From positions 1 through 34,096 of the forward strand of contig NW_021831973.1 of NCBI RefSeq assembly GCF_006345805.1: DNA of 34,096 bases. The letters are read 5' to 3'. The translations under genes and the position numbers were made by a program. The DNA is from Octopus sinensis (taxonomy: Eukaryota). Below the pieces are notes generated by a model. It was not told the DNA's origin and made no database searches. It saw nothing but the letters and a program-made list of their open reading frames with translations. Positions 10,692-21,850 of the stretch are shown here, in pieces; the first letter of the stretch is position 1; each line of letters begins with the position of its first letter.

Positions 10692-12255
10692 TACTAGCAT
10701 TATGACCCAGCGTTGCCAGGTCATAGTGCTAGTGCATATATATATGTTTACATATTACATGTACATCTATATATATATACATCTACACATGAAATACAAA
10801 GTTATATCTTGATATCGCTAGTGATAACAATACTCAAAATATATAACAGACTGGAATTGTAGGCCTGTCTCTTGCAATTTCAATCAATTGTATCTTGTCC
10901 TTCCTCTTGCATAGAAGTGTGGCTACAATCCAGCCTACCTCTACTTCTGGGGGGGACATTTTAAATTTTTATCCGGGACATCATACGTCCCAGATATAAA
11001 GGTAAAAATAAAATATTTCCACTTTGCAAGGTTCGAGTTGAGTACTCCCTTGCACGCTCCGTTGACTCGGACCTTGCTTCTATTGTGGCGAATTTACCAC
11101 CTCTGGTTAGATACTTGATATCTTTCATAGTCGCACCAAGACACTTTTCAATAGTGCTTTCCTCCAGGTGTTCAAATCGTTTTTTTTCTCTACATTGTAT
11201 ACTTTATAGGCAATAGTCTTTTCTTTAATTTAATTTTTTATTTCGTTTGGTGGTGTTATCCTAGATTCACCGTCTTTGTTGGTGATCAATCCGAAATAGG
11301 TTTGTATTTCTTCCATTTTAATTTTAATGAGTTTGCCGCCCGCCGACGGCTGCAGCGAAATTCATTTTTGGACTTTCTTCTATCGAAGATATTTTAACAA
11401 AAATGCTTCCGTGTAAACGGTGAAAATATTGTCAATATCCCCAAACAGAGACACAATTCAATTTTTAAACAATAACCAAAGCTCCTTCTCCCAAAGGGGG
11501 AGGGTTACGGGTTACAATTATTTAACAAATGCAACACAACAACGCATCCCTTACAAGGAACCAACAAACGTGATAGTTAAACAGAAATAATAATAACAAC
11601 AAACCTTACGGTAAACCAAAAGGCAGTACTCTTTTGAAGCTATAGGCCTTTATGGATCAGAAATAAACCAACAGTGGTACTCAGTAGAAGCATTTTTCGA
11701 GAAAAGAGACATTACATACAGCCAAACTTCATATAGATGCTTAATGCTAGCTAATTAGCAAATAATCTAATGTAAAAGCCGTGCACACCTCCATCTGGAC
11801 TATTCCATTTCTGCATTTAAATTTTATTTTTTATTTATTCCTATTCATGTGAAACCACTGATTCAAGTTCAAGTCATTGATGCAATTTTATACCAATTGC
11901 TATTTTTACTTTTGTTATGTTACGATAATATTATACTTTAGTTTGATTTTAATTATTACTTACTACATATAATTCAATTGTTATTATTATTTTTATTGTT
12001 AAAGTGAAAGCATCTGACATAAAATAGGAAATGTTTTTGTTTCACTTTTAACACGTAATACTGAAATAGTGGAGAAGATATGATATTGCTATGGGCTCGC
12101 TCTAGGCAAGAAGTTGAACATTTTTTGCCAATGACACTCCCTGGACCCTAAGTAAGGCATGTGTAAAATTTGAATGAAATTGGTTGTGTAGTTCTCAAGT
12201 TTTGGGGAAACACACAGACAGACAGACACACATTCTCAGTTTTATATATATAGAT
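10692..12255 (+). mobile_element. Non-autonomous rolling-circle element of Lep1/DINE-1/HINE type
   Basis: 5' TACTAG followed by a 15-bp hairpin (10693-10733) around GACCCAGCGTTGCCAGGTC; 3' block GTGTAAAATTTGAATGAAATTGGTTGTGTAGTTCTC...(ACAG)n...TTTTATATATATAGAT; both ends in TA runs. Confidence 0.65.
10855..11365 (-). pseudogene. Disrupted ORF resembling the N-terminus of a non-LTR retrotransposon ORF1/gag-like protein, inside the rolling-circle element
   Basis: Reconstructed across stops and slips: MNFAAAVGG..MEEIQTYFGLITNKDGESRITPP..YKVYNVEK/RFEHLEESTIEKCLGATMKDIKYLTRGGKFATIEA..LPLYLGRMMSRIKI*NVPP/EVEVGWIVATLL; CpG-rich; family assignment from motif resemblance only. Confidence 0.45.
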
Positions 12256-12261
12256 ATATAT

Positions 12262-13252
12262 TGTTGTGAGTTCAACTTAAGGACAGAGCCAGCGACCTAC
12301 TTTTGGGGATGAATCCATTGTTCTGCCAGATGCGGGTTGATTAATTAGCTCTGGGGAAGCTCCCCGACCCTATCAGGTGAATTAGAGTTCAGTTTGTGAG
12401 AGACAGTGAGAGAGGATGAGGGGCTGAGGAAGACAGGCAGAGAGTATTGCAGAGCTAAAAGAGAGGGAGATTGCGATAGAGAGATTGGGGGTAGTGAGAA
12501 GGCAGTCGAGGACAGAGCAAGTTGGATTTGGCAGTCGGTATTTGGAATTCAAGGCAAGCGGTTGGCAGTTTGAATTTTTGCAGTCGGCAGTTTGGATTTT
12601 AGCAGTTGGTTTGTTCTGCTGTGACAGAGAGAGAGATATACAGAGGATTGGGCAGCTGATAGAGAGGAACTACAATATGAGGCATTGGCTAAAGTAACGG
12701 TACATGAATTGTTGTATTGATATGTGAAGAAAAAGAAGGAAAAAGAATCGATGTATTGAAATGTAAAAGAAATGAGACAGTAAAAAGAACATTGTTTATG
12801 TTGTTGATGGTTATAAAGAAAAGGCTAAAGAGAACTGTGTAAAGACATTGTGTACAGAGTTGTTGAAAAGAATTTAATGAACATTGAACTGTATATGCCT
12901 TTAATGTCCTTTGAACTGTAATGTTAATGTGATTTGAAACAGAACTGTTGTCTCCGGACTGTATGACATATTGATTTGTTTTCTTGAAATGCTGTTGTTA
13001 TTGCATTTGATGTATCTGATATGTAATTGATGTTGTAACAATTATAAAGTGTTATAAACTAGTTCATTAAATGTGAGCCAATTGCCTTGCCCTCTTTGTG
13101 TTGCCTCTGTGTCTCTTTTTGCGGCTGTTGTTGTAGTTGTTGTCGTTATCTCTCTCCTCTCCGAGTTTCCATGGCGAACATTCGCTGATCGATCGGGCCT
13201 GTGTGAGGGATTCCGTAACAGCTTTCGTTCGTTCAGAGGTCCCCCCGTAACA
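12262..13252. mobile_element. Solo LTR (~991 bp), probably Gypsy-type
   Basis: Starts TGTTGTG, ends CGTAACA (imperfect terminal inverted repeat, TG...CA); ATAT on both flanks (weak, since TA-rich); no PBS, PPT or internal ORF seen. Confidence 0.65.
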
Positions 13253-13260
13253 ATATATAT

Positions 13261-13670
13261 ATCATCATCATCATCGTTTAACATCTGCTTTCCATACTGG
13301 CATGAGTTCAGTAGTTTGATTGAAGACTGGCAAGCCAGAAGGCTGTACCAAGCTCCAATCTGATCTGGCAATGTATGTTTCCTACAGCTGGATGCCCTTC
13401 CTAATGCCAACCACTCCAAGAGTGTAGTGGGTGGGTGCTTTTTATGTGCCACCAGCTTGGGAGCCAGTCAGGCGGTACAGGCATCAGCCATGACAATGAC
13501 TTCACTTGCCTCAACAGGTCTTTGCAAGCGCAATTTACTGCCCAATGATTGAAGGGTACTCTTAAATGGGCTGGTTATGCTGCACTGGCATAGTCTAGCT
13601 TCATTCCTTGCAAACTTATGCATGTCCTCAGCAGTTACAGCTCATGTTTCACTGCCATGTTGAACTATGT
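13261..13670 (-). mobile_element. RTE LINE 3' end plus short RT fragment
   Basis: (CAT)n CGTTTAAC tail and 3'UTR; 13597-13665 minus encodes ET*AVTAEDMHKFARNEA. Confidence 0.85.
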
Positions 13671-13694
13671 TGTGCATGTGCACTAAGTTTTAAT

Positions 13695-14345
13695 ATTCTA
13701 GCTCACTTCTACTGTTTATAGCAGTGCTAGGTGGGAAAATGTAGTTTGTGATTGTCACATTGACCATCACAGAGAAAATTGTCAGGTGATACCTCCTCAG
13801 AAGCCTACATGCAGTTGCAGAAAGTGTCTGGAGAGGAGTGTATGAGCTGAACACAAGTGTATGAGTGTTTCAGTCGTTTCCAAGATGGACCAAAAGATGT
13901 CAGTATTGAGGAACATTCTGGGAGAACAACAACCAGCAGAACTAAGAAAAACATTGCAGATGTGCAATGCAGCTGTGAGGGGAAATTGTCGAATCACCAT
14001 CTGTGAGTTATCAGAGTATGTGCAGTTTAGTTATGGTTCAGTTCCATTACCACTGAAGATTTGGGTTTGAGACGTGTGGCTGCCAAGTTTATGCCAAAAC
14101 TGCTTTCAGCTGACCAAGAAGGCGCTCGGGTTTTGATTGCACAAAATCTCCTTGATTGTGTCAAAAATGATGAAAATTTTTTGAAAACTTTGTGTAGGCC
14201 TCTGAGCAAGTATTGTCAAGCCTTTGGCAAAATTTGATGCAGATTCTTGGCTCAACTTTCTTTGTCATGTTCAATGTGACAATCACACACAACACATGTT
14301 CCTTCCAAGTACTGCTGTAAACAGCGGAAGTGAGGTAGTGTGCAT
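13695..14345 (+). mobile_element. Mariner derivative: transposase N-half (+) joined to an inverted copy of the element's 5' end (-)
   Basis: Plus: SEAYMQLQKV.GEECMS..QVYE.FSRFQDG..DV..EEHSGR..TS...EDLGLRRVAAKFMPKLLSADQ..RVLIAQNLL; minus 14190-14335: MTKKVEPRICIKFCQRL..TCSEAY, upstream sequence homologous to ~13697-13812. Confidence 0.8.
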
Positions 14346-14859
14346 GCATAGTAGAGTTCAAGGTCAATCTGTGCCAAGTAGCTTCACTCTGCATGCTTTA
14401 GCTTTGTTACTATAGCAACAGTCGATATACTTATTTATCAGAGCATGTATTTCCTCAGATAACACATTAGTATGTAAGTTCCTGTAGATCTTGCAGTATT
14501 GTTTATGCAGTGTAGTACCAAGTGTACATAGGTAAACACACACACACACACACACACACACTCTCTCTCTCTCATACACATACTTACATACACATACATA
14601 GACATGCATATACAGAAACACAACCAACAAATGTGTCTATATATACTCAAGTGAAATATAATATACATAACATCAATATTAAACACACAATGAAAAGAAA
14701 AAAATCTAGTGTTAATGATGATTTTTGTTGAGAAATGAAAGGGAGACAATATTAAATAAGGATATCAAGTGAGGAAGAGTTTGACTCTTAGTGAGTATAG
14801 GACAACAGTTTAAGCAGCGTTTACTTAGGTTAGGATTAAGGTTAAAAAAATTGGCCAAA

Positions 14860-14935
14860 GATGGCACACAGTGGAATTGAACTCAGGATCTTGTGACTAT
14901 AAAGAAAGTTTCCTAGTCATACAGCCATGACTGCA
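14860..14935 (-). mobile_element. SINE family B head fragment
   Basis: GGCACACAGTGGAATTGAACTCAGGATC..CATACAGCCATG, like the heads of other copies. Confidence 0.55.
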
Positions 14936-15547
14936 TCCATCCAGTGTATTATTGTATCAAGAGAATGTGATGCTGTTTATTAGTTCCTTTCACAATATTC
15001 TATTATATACTTGTTTCTGGCACAGACTCAGCTTTTTAAATGTGTAATTCAAATTCATGGAATTTTCTCCATTGATGATAACATCATTTCCGAGTTAGGG
15101 GGCAGTGTTTGCCAAATATAAGAACGACGAGGAAAACAGTTTATCTGGTGATGTGTTTACCAATATAAGTTCCTTTTGACAAACATGGTCTCTTATTTCT
15201 TTCATTGTTTGAACAATGTTTCATATAATTGATTCTTCAGCTTTCAATTGGTTTCATGTATTTGAAGTTGGCGATATAATCTATTTATTCTTGATAATTC
15301 TGAGGTTAACCTCATGAAACATATGTCTGCTGTGATATATCCTCAGTGGCGACTAACATAATAATAGAATATAATTTGTGGAGCCATAGCATGACATTGG
15401 TAATGACAAAAATGATTGATAAGAATATACAAATATCTGATCGATAGACCAATCATCTTTCCATAAAAGAGAACGAAGAACGGTGTCCTAATGAAGTTGA
15501 CTTTTTGGGGTTTTATTTATTTATTCAATTATATAATACATACATAA

Positions 15548-15592
<45 letters not shown>

Positions 15593-15888
15593 TGTGTGTG
15601 TGTCTGTGTGTGTATATATATATATATATGTATATGTAAAGTCTGAGAATGAAGAGGGGAGCAGCATTCCTAAGCTCTTTTCTTTGTTTCATGCCATAAT
15701 GAAAGATCAAGATAAGTTGGTGAGGTTAAGGGAGATTAATGTCCAGTTAAAAGCAATAGAAGAACTTAGCACTGGCGGTGGGAGGACTTGTCTTCTTCAG
15801 TCTGGAGCATTTGAAGAGAAACATCTGTTGTTACAATTCCAATGCCATCAACCTCTTCCCATATCTTCAATAGTTTACACAATATTGG

Positions 15889-16075
15889 CATCATCATCAT
15901 CGTTTAACGTCCGTTTTCCATGCTAGCATGGGTGGGACAGTTTGACCGGGGATATGGGAAGCCAAAAGGCTACACCAGGCTCCAGTCTGATCTGGCAGTG
16001 TTTCTACAGCTGGATGCCCTTCCTAACGCCAACCACTCCGTGAGTGTAGTGGGTGCTTTTTACGTGCCACCTGCA
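15889..16075 (-). mobile_element. RTE LINE 3' end (little diverged)
   Basis: CATCATCATCATCGTTTAACGTCCGTTTTCCATGCTAGCATGGG...GGATGCCCTTCCTAACGCCAACCACTCC. Confidence 0.9.
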
Positions 16076-16180
16076 CTGTATAATATATATATATATATAC
16101 ATACACCCACACATATATATATACACATACATATAAATACACACACACACACACATATATATATACACATACATATAAAT

Positions 16181-16237
<57 letters not shown>

Positions 16238-16239
<2 letters not shown>

Positions 16240-17040
16240 AGGGGTATCAAAAAGTTTCCAGACAAGTTATGTTTAATAAAAAGTAATTTATCCAAGTTTT
16301 AACCTCATCTCCTTCAAAATAGTTACTTTGTGCACCAATACACCCATCCCACAGTTCCTGCCATTTTTGGAATCTGGTCTGGAAGTCATTTTTTGTAAGA
16401 AAATCCAGAATCTTCTGCAATTTGCTCTTGATTTTGACAACAGTGCTTAAACGGTGAATAGGGAAGGTGCAGAAACGATGCCAAGCTGTTTTTGGTGAGA
16501 AACTCATGAATGAGGAGAAGTGAGTAACAGGGTGCATTGTCATTGTGAAGAATCCAGTGCTTCATGCTTCACAAATCTGGTCACTTTTACCAAATGTCCT
16601 TCCTCTAATGCTTCAAAATGTGGCAGTAGAACTCCTGATTGATGGTCTGGTTCTGGGGGATGAATTCTTGATACACAATACTGCAGATGTCAAAACAAAA
16701 ATGATGAGCATGCTCTTCATTGAGATGTGGTTCTGTTGTGCCACTCAAAATATTGTATATGACCCATGGCTTTGTTGCTGTAAGCATGCTCATTGTCCTC
16801 TGTAGCAGACTACCCAAGTTTAACGCAAAATTTTGGCATTGGCGCGTTGTTCCAACTTTGTGTCCATGACAAAAATGACAAAAGTACAGTATACACCTCA
16901 TGAGAAAGACACAAATTTCGCAACTTGCAAAGTAAACACAACAATGACACTTGGCACACTCTCTCATGAAGCTCTCACTGTGCACATAACTGTGTGCTGC
17001 TATCTGTTGGTGCACTCTAGAACTTTTTGATATCACCTTC
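16238..17040 (-). mobile_element. Internally deleted mariner transposon with both TIRs, in (TA)n
   Basis: TIRs TA-CAAGGGGTATCAAAAAGTTT and TA-GAAGGTGATATCAAAAAGTTC; MDTKLEQRAN.., IVYQEFIPQNQTINQEFYC, LHNDNAP, HLPYSP (DLAPSD deleted), FQKWQELWDGCI.AQSNYFEGD. Confidence 0.9.
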
Positions 17041-17060
17041 TATATATAGTCATCATAAAA

Positions 17061-17290
17061 GGCAGTGAGCTGGCAGAATCGTTAGCATGCTGGACGAAAT
17101 GCTTAGCGGTATTTCGTCTGTCTTTACGTTCTGAGTTCAACTTCCGCCGAGGTCAACTTTGCCTTTCATCCTTTCAGGGTTGATAAATTAAGTACCAGTT
17201 ACGCACTGGGGACGATATAATTGACTTAATCCGTTTGTCTGTCCTTGTTTGTCCCCTCTGTGTGTAGCCCCTTGTGGGCAGTAAAGAAAT
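17061..17290 (+). mobile_element. tRNA-derived SINE family A, full length
   Basis: GGCAGTGAGCTGGCAGAATCGTTAGC..GAGTTCAACTTCC..GCCTTTCATCCTTTC..GGGCAGTAAAGAAATA. Confidence 0.9.
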
Positions 17291-17298
17291 ATATATAA

Positions 17299-17443
17299 TC
17301 ATCATCATTTAATGTCCATTGTCCATGTTGGCATGGGCAAGACAGTTTGACCGGGCTGGCATGCAGGAAGTCTGCACCAGTCTGATTTGACATGGTTTTC
17401 TACAGCTGGATGCTCTTCCTAACACCAGCCACTCCAAGAGTGT
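17299..17443 (-). mobile_element. RTE LINE 3' end
   Basis: CATCATCATTTAATGTCC..CCATGTTGGCATGGG..CTACAGCTGGATGC. Confidence 0.8.
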
Positions 17444-18039
17444 AAATATATATATATATATACATACATATATAATAATAATATTAGGGAGTATAACTCC
17501 AAACTTTCAGGGAAAAATTGAATTGCATAATAGTGGTTTCTCTCTAATTTATATATTATATATATACCTTTACATACAAGCATATGTATGTAGATATAGC
17601 TATATATATATACATAAAATGTATTAGTGCTACATCTTCATTTAAAACCAAAATGCCATAAACAAAAAATGTGTGGATACGTAATGTTTACCATTTACCA
17701 AATACAGGGGAACTTTGGTTTATTGGGAATACCTTTCAATATGAACAAATCAGTTTATGCAAAATTGTTTGAAAATAAAACATTTCGGGTAATGAACAGA
17801 CAAACCAGTGACCACAGCTAACAACAAGGTGGGAGGAGGGTGGCAGTCACTCTCTAACATTCATTCTGTGCACATTCCTTCTCAGATTCATTGTACATTC
17901 TCTTGAATTCCCTATGGGGAAAGTAGTTTCAATTTATGAAGAATTCAGGTGACAAATGGCCTCGGGAAGGATATCAGTTCATCGACTGAGGTTCTGTTAT
18001 ATAAATGAATGAATCTGCTAGTCTTAAAAGAGAAACAAG

Positions 18040-18450
18040 TCGCGTAAGTTCAAGGATGGCTGGTACCACCTTTATGTGGTCTGGGTATGGTTAAAAACAA
18101 GGTAGGGTGCAGATGAGGGTGACACAATCATGCAAGCCAAACACAGAGAAGCTGTGAGCAGGGTGAAAGTTATCAAAAAGTTCAACACCGAATTTAACAA
18201 CCAGTAGGTGTGTAACGGGGCTCAGTTCCCAATCCCATCCTGTTTATAAGAGTTCTTCAGGTTACAACAGAGGAAGTTAAACCTGATTGTCCATGGGGAC
18301 TTCTGGATACTGATGATGTTGTGCTCTAAGAGCTAAATCTATTGAAGAATTAGATAAGTTCCAATCATATAAGCAAAGCCTAGGACCAACAGACCTTACC
18401 ATAAGTCTACTGAAGACAAACAACTTTAGTTAGCAGAAGAGAAGACAAGA
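18040..18450 (+). pseudogene. RTE-clade reverse transcriptase core relic
   Basis: MQAKHREAVSRVKV..(shift)..VGV*RGSVPNPILFIRVLQVTTEEVKPDCPWGLLDTDDVVL, matching the RTE pattern VGVHQGSVLSPLLF..CPWELLYADD; YADD decayed to DTDD at ~18306-18317. Confidence 0.85.
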
Positions 18451-18509
18451 TTCTGTTTGTGTGCGTGAACAAAAGATGTAACCGTTGAACAGAGAAATTT
18501 GAACTGGTT

Positions 18510-18812
18510 GTGGCTTTTGGGGTCAATCCTAGTTCTATTGAATGACACTTTGGGCAAATGTCTTCCACTATAGCCCTAGGCTGACCACTACTTTTGTGTG
18601 TCCTTGTGTTTGTCACTCTCATCACCATTTGACAACTAGTCTTAGTTTTTATTTACATCCCTGTAACTTAGCAGTTTGGTAAAAGGCACCAATAGAATAA
18701 GTACTAGACTTATAAACCACATAAGCCCTGGGGAAAATTTGCTCAACTAAAATCCTGTAAAGCAGTTGCCCCAGTATGGCCACAATTAAATGAGTGAAAC
18801 AAAAAACAAAAG
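18510..18812 (+). mobile_element. SINE family B, decayed
   Basis: TTGGGCAAATGTCTTCCACTATAGCC..TTTACATCCCTGTAACTTAGC..CCCCAGTATGGCCAC. Confidence 0.75.
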
Positions 18813-18984
18813 TAAAATCTGAAGATGCAATGTTTAAAGTGAAGAGAAAGGATAAAAGTTAAGCAGTGAATAGCAAGTAATTGAAATGGAAGGAAATTTC
18901 TGGAAAGGAAGATTGATGGAAGACATATGAAATGGTGAGTGGTGGTGGCCCTCAAGGGATTGGATCATGTGAAAGAAATGAGGA

Positions 18985-19135
18985 AAAACAGCAGAAAAGT
19001 TTCCATCTACCAAATCCACATGCAAGGCTTTGGTTCGCCTGAGGCTATAGTAGAAGACACTTGCCCAAGGTGCCACGCAGTGGGACTGAACCCGGAACCA
19101 TGTGGTTGGGAAGCAAGCTATTCACCTACCAGATA
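18985..19135 (-). mobile_element. SINE family B, 5' part
   Basis: CTACCAAATCCAC..GAGGCTATAGTAGAAGACACTTGCCCAAGGTGCCACGCAGTGGGACTGAACCCGG. Confidence 0.85.
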
Positions 19136-19590
19136 CTGCTGCATCTATTTTATGCTTAGAATATTTTTTTTGTAATGGGAAAACACATGTAAATTTGAAG
19201 TTGAGTTATTTTATTTAAGAATAAAATGAAAAGAATAAAAAACCTGTTTAGATAACCATTTTAAGCTAATTAGAAACACTAGGAATCAAATGCACAAATA
19301 TTAAACACGAAGAATTGAAATGTTAATGTGTTTATCTGGTGGCACTGTGAGCGAGTTAACTCCCCCAACAGAGTAAGCAGAAAAATAAAAGACATTAAAG
19401 TTTAAATTCTCCCCATCAAACATTTGTTGATTCAATATTAATAATCAATGTTTCTAATTAGTCTAAAGCAGAACAACTATTTGTTTGTTTTTTTTTAAAT
19501 ATCCCCAGAATATAATAAAACTATCAGGGGTTTAAAAGTATTTGGCTCATTAATCCCCACTCCTCTCCAAACACACACACCTACATCCCA

Positions 19591-19625
<35 letters not shown>

Positions 19626-19679
19626 CACAATAGATCCTGCAGTCTTTTTTCCTTTACTGCTGTCATCAGTCAAGTTTCA

Positions 19680-20074
19680 ACTCTTTTATTTGCTTCAGTC
19701 ATTTGACTGCGGCCATGCTGGAGCACCACCTTTAGTCGAGCAAATCAACCCCAGGACTTATTCTTTGTACGCCTAATACTTATTCTATCGATCTCTTTTG
19801 CCGAACCGCTAAGTTACAGGGATGTAAACACACCAGCATCGGTTGTCAAGCAATGCTAAGGGGACAAACACGACAAACACAGAGACATGCACAAATATAT
19901 ATACATATATACGGCAGGCTTCTTCCAGTTTCCGTCTACCAAATCCACTCACGAGGTTTTGGTCAGCCTGAGGCTATAGTAAAAGACACTTACCCAAGGT
20001 ACCACACAGTGGGACTGAACCCGGAACCATGTAGTTGGTAAGCAAGCTACTTACCATACAGCCACTCCTGTGCC
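19680..20074 (-). mobile_element. tRNA-derived SINE family B, best full-length copy
   Basis: Minus: AGGCACAGGAGTGGCTGTATGGTAAG (A-box-like), GGTTCAGTCCC (B-box-like), central microsatellite, tail GGTGCTCCAGCATGGCCGCAGTCAAATGACTGAAGCAAATAAAAGAG. Confidence 0.9.
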
Positions 20075-20464
20075 TACAGTTATAATAAATATGTTATATG
20101 TTGATATGTGCTTACTTGTTAATTAGTCCAGCTGGAAGTATTTTCTTCCCAAAACAAACCCCACATACACACATACACTAGTGTAACAAGAGGGGGTGAG
20201 GTGGAGGGGTGCCCCACTTTGGGGTCTGCTGGTAGGCAATATATTTTTTTTGGTGGGAGTGGTAGGAGGGCAAACTGAAGGGCCGCTCTGGGCAGCACCT
20301 ACTCTAGCTACGCTAGTGTATACATACCTATACATATACACACACAAGCATAAATATATAAATTCACACAAACAAACACATTTTAACATATAGAGATTGG
20401 TTCTTTTTTATGCAGCCGTCTTCATCCGTGCACATCACATGAGCACACCAATGCAATCTTCTCT

Positions 20465-21103
20465 CAAATGATGTTTTTTTCTGTAAAACTTCAGAAAATT
20501 GCTTTGGTCAGTCATGTGTAAGTGATGCGTTAAGAAGGGCTTCAAACTTTAAAAACCATGGAGAAGCAGACAGCAGAGCATAGCACAGTCTTCTGACTTG
20601 CCTGCTCTTCTCAAAACAATCCAACCCATGCCAGCATGGGAAATGGATATTAAATGATGATGACGATGATGATGTATATTACATATATATATATATGCCT
20701 TAACAGCTGTTGTTATAAAAGTGTTATTAAATATTTAAGAAATGAACAATAAAACAATACAGTAAGACTAAAGAAAGCTCAACAGTCCAGGATATATATA
20801 AGCTGAGTAATGAACGAACATTACAATTAGAAAATGAAATAACACTGAAACGAAGATAATTAATTTGGCCCATTTCCAATATCCAGTCAGTAAACAGACT
20901 GTAGTTATTGTTCCATGTTTGAGGGCAAGAATCTCTGGAGACTTAACTCTCGATATGTATATTCGTGTTTAATAGTCATCGAGTGATCTGTAGATCATTT
21001 GTTGTATGAATACAATCCAGCCATCTAAAGATGACCCAAATGACGTTTTTTTTTCCCATGAAACTTTAGAAAATTGCATTGGTCAATCATGTGTAAGTGA
21101 TGC
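20465..21103 (+). repeat. ~65-bp diverged direct repeat (20465-20528 and 21037-21103)
   Basis: CAAATGA.GTTTTTTT..AAACTT.AGAAAATTGC.TTGGTCA.TCATGTGTAAGTGATGC in both. Confidence 0.8.
20617..20674 (+). mobile_element. Very short RTE 3' end
   Basis: TCCAACCCATGCCAGCATGGG..ATTAAAT(GAT)n. Confidence 0.8.
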
Positions 21104-21109
21104 AGCCTC

Positions 21110-21155
<46 letters not shown>

Positions 21156-21489
21156 ACTGGTTGCAAAGAGCAGCTTGGTCATTTATTATTTGTTTAGCTT
21201 TTTTGATCATTATTCAATATTTCATTACTATGTCAAACTTATTCTCAAAGGAATGTTCCGGAGTTTAATAAATGGTTTAATACTTGGCTGAACATCAAAA
21301 TTATTTTGACAAGATTGTTTGAGCAAGTGATCTTAAACTCTGGAATTTTAAGTTCTGGGTTCAAATACCAAGAAGCCCAATGTTGTTCTTTATCTTTCTG
21401 GGGCTGATAGAATATTGCAGCAGTCAACAAATGAGGATGATTGAATTTACTCCAACTAAGCTTAACCCTTGCCACTAAAATGCTTGTCT

Positions 21490-21624
21490 TGTAATTGCTT
21501 GGTTTTAGGTTCCGTCCCACTGAGTAGCACCTTAGGAAGGACTCTTCTACTAAAGCCCTGGGTCAACCAATGTTTTGTGAGTGAATTTAGAACACAGAAA
21601 CTATGTAAAAATCTGTTTTGTGTA

Positions 21625-21656
<32 letters not shown>

Positions 21657-21850
21657 TTGTGCCTCCCCTCTACCACCACCATCATTTGAAAACTGGTGTT
21701 AGTTTGTTTACATCCCTGTAACTTAGTGCTTCAGCAAAAGTGACTAATAGAAAAGTACGAAACTTAAAGAAAATCATAAAATCACCATTACTAGTGTTGA
21801 CTAAAATCCTTGAAGACAGGACCCTGGCGAAACCCAGTATGTGATTAGAA
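21490..21850 (+). mobile_element. SINE family B, decayed
   Basis: GGTTCCGTCCCACTG..GCACCTTAGG..TTTACATCCCTGTAACTTAG. Confidence 0.7.

Noticed and set aside
15290-15330. TGAGG-TTAA-CCTCA-T-GAAAC-ATAT-GTC, resembling the 3' half of a hammerhead
   Set aside because: No CUGANGA in register (only TTGATAA several nt upstream) and no helix I
15640-15888. ~83-codon open stretch (SENEEGSS...TILA) in unique DNA
   Set aside because: No start or splice context and no recognisable motif; the ORF ends are supplied by a microsatellite and an RTE tail
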